Shown here piece by piece: positions 17,589 to 25,314 of a DNA stretch of 64,000 nt. This DNA comes from a virus (lineage: Duplodnaviria > Caudoviricetes). The stretch covers positions 64,001 to 128,000 of IMG/VR virus record IMGVR_UViG_3300013121_000025; one strand, given 5' to 3'. A program made the position numbers and the translations under genes. Position 1 is the stretch's first letter. Each line of letters begins with the position of its first letter. Below the pieces are notes generated by a model that saw only the letters and a list, made by a program, of their open reading frames with translations, had not been told where the DNA came from and ran no database searches.

Positions 17589-19325
17589 TTATTTAGGTGG
17601 TTCTTCAGCTGGAGGTGCTTCTTCTGCTGGCGCTTCTAAGTCTTCTAACCCTTCTTCACCACCTAAATCACCACCCAGATCTTCTAAATCACCACCGCCT
17701 AAAGTCTCATCGCCTGCAGCCATATCAGCACTTAAATCAGGGCCTCCACCAAGGCCACCGCCACCTAATCCGCCGCCACCACCTAATCCACCAAGACCGC
17801 CACCGCCTTCTACAGGTTCTTCAGCTGGTCCATATATCTTCTTGTAGTATTGTGGATCGTTAGCTTTTACTCCACGTTCTTGTGCTAACAAGCGTTCGTT
17901 ACGTAACATCTCATCTTCTTCCATCTGAGCAAATCTCATTAACAAGTAACGTTTTGAGAAGAAACCTTCCATACTTGCTGCAGAAGACAATACAGAAAGA
18001 ATTTGATTATCTGCTTCTTGTTGTTTGTATAATCCGAAGTTAGTTGGTTCTGGTAATGTTAATTCCCATGCTGTTGGATCGAACTTGATACCTAACGTAC
18101 GTAAGAAATTTTTAAATTCAATGTCCATTGCTTTTGATATAGGACGCTGTAATCTCATACAATATGTCGCAAAACGTAATTCTTCAATTGTTGCTTGTCC
18201 TACACGACCATCGTTGAAAATAGGATTTGAGTCTTTTCCAACACTCATATATGATGTAGGAATACGTAATCCACGAAATACTCTATCTTGGAAATACTCG
18301 ATATCTTCTAAGTTAGACAATCCTTGACCACCAGGCAATACTTCTACTTTACTACCTTTACCATCAGAACGCTGTGAGAAGAAGAAATCTTCGTTTGTGC
18401 TGTGTGGATTATATACGCTTTCGATTGCAGCAGTTCCGTCTTTCCCTTGTGTAGGAATTTTCTTTTGACGAATTTCGTTCTTAACTTGCTCAAGATATTG
18501 TTTTGTACGATGTGGAGGCATCTTACCCACATCAATGTAGAATACACGACGTTCAGGTGCACGAACGATACGATAAATGATAATCGCTTGTTCTAATAAT
18601 TCTTTTTGTTTGTATGCTCTATATACAGGCTTTAATACTGACTCACCGAACGGAGCAACATCTGACATGGAATCACAAAGAGAAATATGAATAATTTCTG
18701 CTGTGCTTCTTGTTTCTGTCGAGTATTCATGACCAGATAATGTATAACCACCAGTTGTATTATTAGCTCTCTTGGTATCATCTCTTACTAACCATCCAGC
18801 AATATCAGTGATATCATCTTCATTAACGATAGCACCTGTTACTAATTTTGGTGGTATATGAATCCATTCTTTTGTGTCACCACGTTTTTTGTCAAAATAG
18901 CAATCACCATATTTGATTAATGTGCGAGCTAAGTTGAATAATCTGGAATCTAAATCTTGAATTTCTACCCAATAACGTAGGGCAGCAGCAATTGTTTCAT
19001 GTTGAGAAAAACGAATATTTGTTTCTACATCTTTAAATTTTATCTTGAATGGTAATCCAGACTTCTGATCACGCTGTGTCATTTCTTCTGCAATTGTGTC
19101 TAATGCACGAGCAACATCGACATCATCATCCATCATATCATATTCACGATATTTGGTAATTCTTGTGGATGATCCTTGAACTAAACGTTGATACCATGAG
19201 TGAGAAGAAAATAACGCACCACCACTTACGTCTTGACTATCGACAATAGCCTTAGTGTCAGGAGTAGGATTGATGATTTTGTAAAAACGTTCAAGTTTAT
19301 TTGTGGCCATATAAGGATATCTCAT
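17589..19325 (-). CDS. gp20: Portal protein with Gly/acidic low-complexity C-terminal tail
   Basis: LLEQAIIIYRIVRAPERRVFYIDVGKMP, EDFFF, SKVEVLPGGQGL, LRIPTSYM, EELRF; start may be ATG 19310. Confidence 0.97.
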   Translation of the reverse strand: MRYPYMATNKLERFYKIINPTPDTKAIVDSQDVSGGALFSSHSWYQRLVQGSSTRITKYREYDMMDDDVDVARALDTIAEEMTQRDQKSGLPFKIKFKDVETNIRFSQHETIAAALRYWVEIQDLDSRLFNLARTLIKYGDCYFDKKRGDTKEWIHIPPKLVTGAIVNEDDITDIAGWLVRDDTKRANNTTGGYTLSGHEYSTETRSTAEIIHISLCDSMSDVAPFGESVLKPVYRAYKQKELLEQAIIIYRIVRAPERRVFYIDVGKMPPHRTKQYLEQVKNEIRQKKIPTQGKDGTAAIESVYNPHSTNEDFFFSQRSDGKGSKVEVLPGGQGLSNLEDIEYFQDRVFRGLRIPTSYMSVGKDSNPIFNDGRVGQATIEELRFATYCMRLQRPISKAMDIEFKNFLRTLGIKFDPTAWELTLPEPTNFGLYKQQEADNQILSVLSSAASMEGFFSKRYLLMRFAQMEEDEMLRNERLLAQERGVKANDPQYYKKIYGPAEEPVEGGGGLGGLGGGGGLGGGGLGGGPDLSADMAAGDETLGGGDLEDLGGDLGGEEGLEDLEAPAEEAPPAEEPPK

Positions 19326-19344
19326 TTATAGATGATAATATCCT

Positions 19345-19352
19345 TATTTAGT
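19345..19352 (-). promoter_or_regulatory. Late promoter ACTAAATA (portal)
   Basis: TAAATA core upstream of gp20. Confidence 0.6.
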
Positions 19353-19354
19353 CT

Positions 19355-21706
19355 TTATGAAAGGTAGGTTCTCACTGTATCGTCTTTAGGACGATTTCTG
19401 CGTAATTTACTTGCAACATCCTTATTTGTTTCGGCCATTGCGACAGTATATTCGTTATTAGCAGTAATTAATGCAACAAGTTTTTTCGTTTCGTTAAGTA
19501 ATTCTTCAAGATTTGTTAATTGATCACTGCCCTTAAATGTTACTTCCGAAGGACCTTTGTCTTTTTCACTTTCCTTTTCTTTTTCAACTTGCTTCATTGC
19601 TTCGCGTTGAATCTTAATTTCTTCAATTTGCTTCGAAGGAGAGGTAGGAGCTAAGCCTCGTTTAGCAAGAGCTTCATCAGCTTGTCGCTTGAGCATTGCA
19701 CGATATTGTTCAGCTTCTTTATTTAACTGTTTTTGTTTTTCTTCTTCTGCCTTTGCTGCATCAGTACCTGGTTTCCCTAATAATCCTGTTGCTCCTTCGT
19801 ATATTTTACCACCAAGCCAATAACTACCAGCAGCAACAGCAGCGACTTTTGCAACAGGATTTAAGATACCTATCAATCTTGAAAAGAATCCACCCGATCC
19901 AGAGAACATTGATCCGAGGTTTTTAAACCATCCAGCCATGTTTGAGAATCCGTTAACAATGGCTGTTCTTAATGCAGTAAACCATCCACCTACTTTTTGA
20001 CTAATTCTTGCCCAAAGACCTGGACCAGTAGAACCTGCAGCAGATCCTGAAGATCCAAACAATCCTTTCACTTTACCAAATAACTTGACTGAGAGTAATG
20101 CTGCTGCTAATGCACCTAACACTTTAACTAAGCCCAATCCTGTAAATGACATAAATGAGTTTTTGATTTCTAGTAACACGCTTAATATGTTACCCATTAT
20201 TACCTGACTATTCTCTAATACTTTTGTATTAACACCCATCTTTTCAACTAATACGTTATTAGCCACTTGTATTTGATTGATAAGTCCGTCAGATTTATCA
20301 TTCATTGTATCGATTGCTAATTCGAATTGTGGACCCATTCCTCTCATAGTTTCGAAACGCTTACTAGCTTCACCCATAAGATCACTCATTTGTTTTGTCT
20401 CTTTTTCGTTCTTTCCAACTTTACGCATTAGTGCACCTAATTCTGCACCTTTAGAAGACATTCCAACAATGCCCATCATGGCTTGCATTTTAAGAGATTT
20501 TTTCAAACGTTCTTTATATGTTTCTCCACTTATTTGTTTAATGAATCCTGTAACAGCTTGCGCTTGTTCTTTTGTCATCTTTTTAGTAGTCATTAAATAT
20601 GCTTCATTTGCCAAAGTATTAGCAACATATTGTTGACGTTGTATTGGATTTAAACGTAACATTAAACTTCTATGTTCAGAATCATTAGCTATCTGCTCTG
20701 CCATTTGTGCAAATTCTTCAGCAGTAACCCCTAATTGCGTTCTTAATAAATTTAACGTTCTTGTTAGTCCTCCGTTTACCAATTTATTAGCAGCGGTTAC
20801 GCTCGATCCAGTACTAGCAATTGCTCTTGTTAACGCAGCTTGAGCCTTTTTTGCGGCAATAGGATCAACTTCAATTCCTGCTTTTGCCCATTCACGTGCA
20901 CCTTCATTCAACATAGTCACAAATTCATCCATGCCACCTCGTAACCCATGAGCGGTTGTCATATATTCTTTTTGTAACGCAACAGTATCTTCAAACGACA
21001 TACCCAATCTTACAGATTGAATATACAAATCAAAGAATCCCATATTATGTCTATTTGCTAAAATCAATTCATCAGAAGACTTTTTAACAGCACTTATGAA
21101 ATACTCCCACGTGGCCATAGATTGAATTGTTTTCTTAGCAAAATCACCTATTGCGTTCTTTGCATCGTGGCCTCTTCTACGAAGATGTTCGAACATAGTA
21201 TTAGTACGCATGAACTGGTTATCTAATTCTTTTAATTTTAAAATGATAGCATCACGTTCTTCTAACGATGCTTGTTTTAATTTTTCTTGCAGTTCTTGAC
21301 GGACACGATTGTATTCACGTTCAGTTTGAATGTTACTATAACGATAATCAATTTCTTTTTTATATGCTTCTACTAATTGCTTACTTGTCATGTTAGCTTT
21401 ACGACGATCGATCATATCACGATAACGATCAGCAACTTCTTGTCTATGTTGTTCTTGCTTCTTTTTATTACTAAGTGTTTCTAATCTTGATCTTACAGAC
21501 AATAAAGAGTTTAATTCCTTTTCACGAGATTGTCTATGTGCATCGATTTTTTGTTTAAATTTAGCAGCTTCGACCTGATTCTTGGCAACTTTAAGATAAG
21601 CTACCATGGAATCTTCCATAACTTTAGACACGTCTTCGATAACGTGTGTGTTTAATTTAATTTCTTGTGCAAGTTTTGCGACGGTAAGGTTATCAAGATT
21701 GGCCAT
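19355..21706 (-). CDS. Putative tape measure protein
   Basis: 783 aa, helical/coiled-coil, Ala/Met/Gly-rich, with hydrophobic and amphipathic W/F-spaced segments near the C-terminus; downstream of gp26/gp51-like chaperones. Confidence 0.7.
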   Translation of the reverse strand: MANLDNLTVAKLAQEIKLNTHVIEDVSKVMEDSMVAYLKVAKNQVEAAKFKQKIDAHRQSREKELNSLLSVRSRLETLSNKKKQEQHRQEVADRYRDMIDRRKANMTSKQLVEAYKKEIDYRYSNIQTEREYNRVRQELQEKLKQASLEERDAIILKLKELDNQFMRTNTMFEHLRRRGHDAKNAIGDFAKKTIQSMATWEYFISAVKKSSDELILANRHNMGFFDLYIQSVRLGMSFEDTVALQKEYMTTAHGLRGGMDEFVTMLNEGAREWAKAGIEVDPIAAKKAQAALTRAIASTGSSVTAANKLVNGGLTRTLNLLRTQLGVTAEEFAQMAEQIANDSEHRSLMLRLNPIQRQQYVANTLANEAYLMTTKKMTKEQAQAVTGFIKQISGETYKERLKKSLKMQAMMGIVGMSSKGAELGALMRKVGKNEKETKQMSDLMGEASKRFETMRGMGPQFELAIDTMNDKSDGLINQIQVANNVLVEKMGVNTKVLENSQVIMGNILSVLLEIKNSFMSFTGLGLVKVLGALAAALLSVKLFGKVKGLFGSSGSAAGSTGPGLWARISQKVGGWFTALRTAIVNGFSNMAGWFKNLGSMFSGSGGFFSRLIGILNPVAKVAAVAAGSYWLGGKIYEGATGLLGKPGTDAAKAEEEKQKQLNKEAEQYRAMLKRQADEALAKRGLAPTSPSKQIEEIKIQREAMKQVEKEKESEKDKGPSEVTFKGSDQLTNLEELLNETKKLVALITANNEYTVAMAETNKDVASKLRRNRPKDDTVRTYLS

Positions 21707-21709
21707 ACA

Positions 21710-21892
21710 TTATCCTACAATTTTCTTCACTCTACGAGCAGGAATACGTTTCTTATTGTCAATTTCATATACAATAAGATCTGATACTCGCTCAACATTA
21801 GTAATCATTCCTTCTGATATAGTACCACTGCAACCACAAACGCTGCTATCATAAATGATTCTAGTACCTACTGATAAAGGATGATTAATCAT
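21710..21892 (-). CDS. Small hypothetical protein (60 aa, SH3/KOW-like beta pattern)
   Basis: ATG 21892 overlaps the protease stop (ATGATTAA), GGAG RBS at 21903-21906; MINHPLSVGTRIIY...EGMITNV...VYEID. Confidence 0.6.
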   Translation of the reverse strand: MINHPLSVGTRIIYDSSVCGCSGTISEGMITNVERVSDLIVYEIDNKKRIPARRVKKIVG

Positions 21893-22706
21893 TGAAGTAT
21901 TTCTCCACAATTTCCTTAATCCACTCAAGTTCGACTTCATCAGATTCTTGTAAAGGATCAACAAGAAATTTACCCTTCTCAAAGAAACTGTGACCAAGTA
22001 ATATCTTATGTGGCATATCGCCTCTATCATTTAAATTAAATTCAACATCCTGGAATTCACCTTGTTCACATTTAACGTTGAGTTTAATAACAGGACGTTT
22101 ATCAACACCATTGTCAGCTGTTTGAATGTCTGATGTGGACGTTTGGTTCATAGTAATACGTTTACCATCAAAAACAAATGATACAGATTCCCCTGATGCT
22201 TTTATTTGTTCAGCGTGTAAACAACTCTGACCGGCCCCTGTATCTACCTTAGCTTCATATGTATTGTTTCCTAGTTGTGGAAACTGAATGTCAAGTGTTT
22301 TCCCGATAACATGTTGTTCAGATTCTTGAATTCTGATTAAATTGCTTACTCTATTACGAGCAATACTTACGCATTTTGCTGGAATTAATGATAAACCATT
22401 AGTTTTCCATCCGAAAACTAATAAGGTGTTCGGGGTTTCAAATGAATCTTCGATATTATTATTCGAAGAACGGTGAAGATCCTTAACGCTTCCTACCTTA
22501 AGATCGTATGCAACCCACGTAATTTGTTTCTTTTCTTCAAGTTGTTTAAAGTTTAACAAATTGAAAGAGCTGCCCTGCTCTCCTGAATTGAAATACTTGT
22601 AGATAAATTGCTCATTAATAGCAATTTCATCAGGCATTGCATCAAATTCTTGGTTTACAAAGGCTGTATTCAATGCTGAAATGCTTGGATATTGAAGAAT
22701 TTTCAT
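21885..22706 (-). CDS. Retropepsin-like aspartic protease ('putative ATP-dependent zinc protease'/RimK-associated family) with extra N-terminal domain
   Basis: YEAKVDTGAGQSCLHA...KRPVIKL...EFNLNDRGDMPHKILLG..F...FLVDP; ATG 22706 has AGGA RBS; CATAAATA at 22730-22737. Confidence 0.85.
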   Translation of the reverse strand: MKILQYPSISALNTAFVNQEFDAMPDEIAINEQFIYKYFNSGEQGSSFNLLNFKQLEEKKQITWVAYDLKVGSVKDLHRSSNNNIEDSFETPNTLLVFGWKTNGLSLIPAKCVSIARNRVSNLIRIQESEQHVIGKTLDIQFPQLGNNTYEAKVDTGAGQSCLHAEQIKASGESVSFVFDGKRITMNQTSTSDIQTADNGVDKRPVIKLNVKCEQGEFQDVEFNLNDRGDMPHKILLGHSFFEKGKFLVDPLQESDEVELEWIKEIVEKYFND

Positions 22707-22740
22707 TGTGTTTCCTATCAATCATACATTATTTATGGTA

Positions 22741-22971
22741 TTAGTATATTGGAACCATAGCATCTTTCTGACTCTTAATACGCTCATTAATGAAATCGAA
22801 CATCTTCATTCTTTCTAATGGAGCCAAGTCAAATGTTGCATCATATTGTACAGCACCTCTCATGTAATAGGACAACTCGATTAATTGTTCTATTAGATTG
22901 TTTGCTGATTTTTGTAAATCCTGAAACAACTGCTTAATGTCAGCTGGTGTACCGTGTCTCAGGATTAGATA
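22741..22971 (-). CDS. gp51-like tail/baseplate assembly chaperone C-terminal module, probably reached by -1 frameshift from the gp26-like gene
   Basis: LIELSYYMRGAVQYDATFDLAPLERMKMFDFINER; no in-frame ATG before the conserved region and no RBS; -1 frame open back to T TTT TTT at 22977-22971. Confidence 0.7.
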   Translation of the reverse strand, partial: YLILRHGTPADIKQLFQDLQKSANNLIEQLIELSYYMRGAVQYDATFDLAPLERMKMFDFINERIKSQKDAMVPIY

Positions 22972-23804
22972 AAAAAAGTTAATGGGTTAGCATTTACATT
23001 AAGCTCAATCTCAGTATCACAATCTTTACATTTTGTTTTATGAGTATGTGTCAAACCCCAGTTACTAATTTCTTCTATCCTTTTACTAATTTCTTCTATC
23101 CACATTACAGGAATAGCGCTTAACCATTCTGCTATTGATCCTATATCAGTAATACCATCAACATCGCTGATTGAGAAAATAAACACAGCAAATAAGTTTC
23201 TACGACGTTCGTCTTCTGTTGTTTCTTTATCCATATGTTGAATAATGTCAATAGCGTGTTTAGCTTTCAATGGACGAAGATTCACTTTATATGATGAATC
23301 CCCTTCACCAACCACTACACTATACTTACTAGCAAGAGTAGTAGGATCAATTTTCTTACATGCTGCAAGAATAGGAGTTAATGACACATCATACTTGTGT
23401 TCTTTAGCGTTTTCACAATCGTGTGTATTATAGATAGTATATGTATCACCGTAAGAAATTTTTGTAAGAGCCAACATGATATAATCTAAATCACGTGAGA
23501 ATAAATCTAAAGGCTTCTCAACACCTGGTACACATCGTCTGATAACACGTTCAATTGCTCTACCATCTAACAACAAATCTGGAGATTTTAAATCCAATTC
23601 GTCATTAGCAGTAAATGTGTACATTTCCAATTCGCCGTTTTTAACGGTTGATGATAATTCACCATTTTTATATAAAAGTCCACAGGAAGGGATACGATGA
23701 ACTTCGGGCGGAATTCGTTTAAGTTTGTTAAGTAGGATGTTTGCTTGAGGAGTTACTGATGGTGTTTCTAATTGTTCTACAAGTTTTTGTGTTTCGTCTG
23801 TCAT
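22965..23804 (-). CDS. gp26: gp26-like baseplate hub/tail assembly chaperone
   Basis: IPSCGLLY...FTANDELDLKSPDLLLDGRAIERVIRRCVP...DLDYIMLAL..ISYG; terminal CKDC...NPLTFFI. Confidence 0.8.
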   Translation of the reverse strand: MTDETQKLVEQLETPSVTPQANILLNKLKRIPPEVHRIPSCGLLYKNGELSSTVKNGELEMYTFTANDELDLKSPDLLLDGRAIERVIRRCVPGVEKPLDLFSRDLDYIMLALTKISYGDTYTIYNTHDCENAKEHKYDVSLTPILAACKKIDPTTLASKYSVVVGEGDSSYKVNLRPLKAKHAIDIIQHMDKETTEDERRRNLFAVFIFSISDVDGITDIGSIAEWLSAIPVMWIEEISKRIEEISNWGLTHTHKTKCKDCDTEIELNVNANPLTFFI

Positions 23805-23828
23805 ATAATATACCTATATTTGTAAGTA

Positions 23829-23836
23829 TATTTATA
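23829..23836 (-). promoter_or_regulatory. Late promoter TATAAATA (gp26)
   Basis: Exact consensus 25 nt upstream of ATG. Confidence 0.75.
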
Positions 23837-23857
23837 TCACAGATTACTTAAGAAATT

Positions 23858-24583
23858 TCACGCTAAATACCACATAGAAAGAATATGTGCAATATCTTTT
23901 GCAGGAATCTCACCTGTTCTTAACAGATTGGCACGTTTAGCCAACATTTGTCTACGATATTTTACACCAATGTTGTTTTCGAGAGGACGTCTAAAAAACG
24001 ATGATGCGAATTGTTGTATTTTTGAGACATCAGAGCTTGTATAATTAATCGTTTCACGTGGAATATATAAAAAATTATCAGAACCAAATACCTTAGCGAT
24101 TTCAGCCAACCTCGTTGGCATATCCTCATATACTGATGAAATGAATTGTGGATCTAATGAACGTGGTTCTATTTCTGTACGTTTTTTAGCCAACTGTTGG
24201 GAGGTTTCTTCATCCACGTGGGTGTAAACTAATGCTACATCATAACCAAGGGATTGTAATAAAGTCACACGACGTTCGAAGTTATTTTTTGCGTCAGCAG
24301 TTGTTTCGAATATAATTGGATTACCATTTATAACATGGCTGAATAAAAATCGCTCAACTTCGTTTTTGATATTATTAAAAATATGTTGTTCGTGTTTATT
24401 AACATCACCTTCTAATCCCAATCTACGTGTTTCAGAATGTCTCATGTTATCAGTGTTTAAATAACCATGATTTGCAGGAACTGCTATCATATCATATAAC
24501 GAAGATTTACCACTCGCTGGAGGACCAGCTAAAATCAAGGCTTTAAAAGAGACAGGTGGAAAGGCTATTTCATTAAGTAACAT
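23858..24583 (-). CDS. Zeta-toxin/AAA_33-like P-loop kinase
   Basis: ILAGPPASGKSS Walker A, LNTD, IIFETTA, LGYDVALVYTHVDEETS...KR...R lid; AATAAATA at 24605-24612. Confidence 0.8.
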   Translation of the reverse strand: MLLNEIAFPPVSFKALILAGPPASGKSSLYDMIAVPANHGYLNTDNMRHSETRRLGLEGDVNKHEQHIFNNIKNEVERFLFSHVINGNPIIFETTADAKNNFERRVTLLQSLGYDVALVYTHVDEETSQQLAKKRTEIEPRSLDPQFISSVYEDMPTRLAEIAKVFGSDNFLYIPRETINYTSSDVSKIQQFASSFFRRPLENNIGVKYRRQMLAKRANLLRTGEIPAKDIAHILSMWYLA

Positions 24584-24585
24584 AG

Positions 24586-25287
24586 TTAGAATTTCATAAT
24601 ATCGTATTTATTAGAGTTTAAAAGATAATAATGTGAACAGTCAATAAACATAAACTCTGTCGGACGACTAGAGGTTTTAAACGTGCTTACATCTGCTTTT
24701 GTTAAGTTTTTAATATAGTTCATAGTTTCATCGAATTGATTTTTAATAATACGTTTACGATGAATGGAATCAATCGGTGTTCCTCGTTTACTATTCAACT
24801 CAAATGAATATTCTGATTCTTTCTCAAATTGCTTGAATACTTGCTCTTCATCATAACCTTGTGCTATATAATGTGCAATAGTAGGTTGTACAACAATAGA
24901 ATCCATGACTTCTGGAGAATATATTACTTTACTGTTATTAGTGGGAATAAAATAATAAACCATTCCATATACAGTCGCACCTTCGACATCATCTAAAGCA
25001 AAAGCTGCTCTATCACGAACGTTTTTGTGTCCTGTTTTAAATTGAATAATTTCATTTAATGTTTGATGTTTAAACTCAGAAGAATTACGTGGCTTTCGTT
25101 TAGTATTGACAGGCATTTTAAGAACATCATATCTTTTTTGTATGCCTCTATATAATGGTTGTATATCTTTATTCTTCACTCTCTCAAGATATATGGAGCA
25201 TTCTTTCTTGATTTCATCAAAATCTGTAAATTCAACAGTTTTTTCACGAACAGAAGAATGGTTGGCTATTAAGTCTAATAATTTCAT
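24586..25287 (-). CDS. Hypothetical late protein, possible ADP-ribosyltransferase-fold effector
   Basis: PLYRGI...RKPRNS...R..AF...A.VYG.VYYFIP...PTEFMF pattern resembles R-S-E ART core; AATAAATA at 25309-25316. Confidence 0.45.
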   Translation of the reverse strand: MKLLDLIANHSSVREKTVEFTDFDEIKKECSIYLERVKNKDIQPLYRGIQKRYDVLKMPVNTKRKPRNSSEFKHQTLNEIIQFKTGHKNVRDRAAFALDDVEGATVYGMVYYFIPTNNSKVIYSPEVMDSIVVQPTIAHYIAQGYDEEQVFKQFEKESEYSFELNSKRGTPIDSIHRKRIIKNQFDETMNYIKNLTKADVSTFKTSSRPTEFMFIDCSHYYLLNSNKYDIMKF

Positions 25288-25314
25288 GATAATTACACAT
25301 TTATAGTGTATTTA

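Noticed and set aside
17509-17863. Pro/Ser- and His-rich plus-strand ORFs
   Set aside because: Antisense shadows of the Gly-rich portal tail and gp67-like gene; no RBS or promoter
21893-22030. N-terminal extension of the 106-aa ORF in the track
   Set aside because: Overlaps the protease catalytic region in another frame; ATG 21892 has an RBS and stop/start coupling
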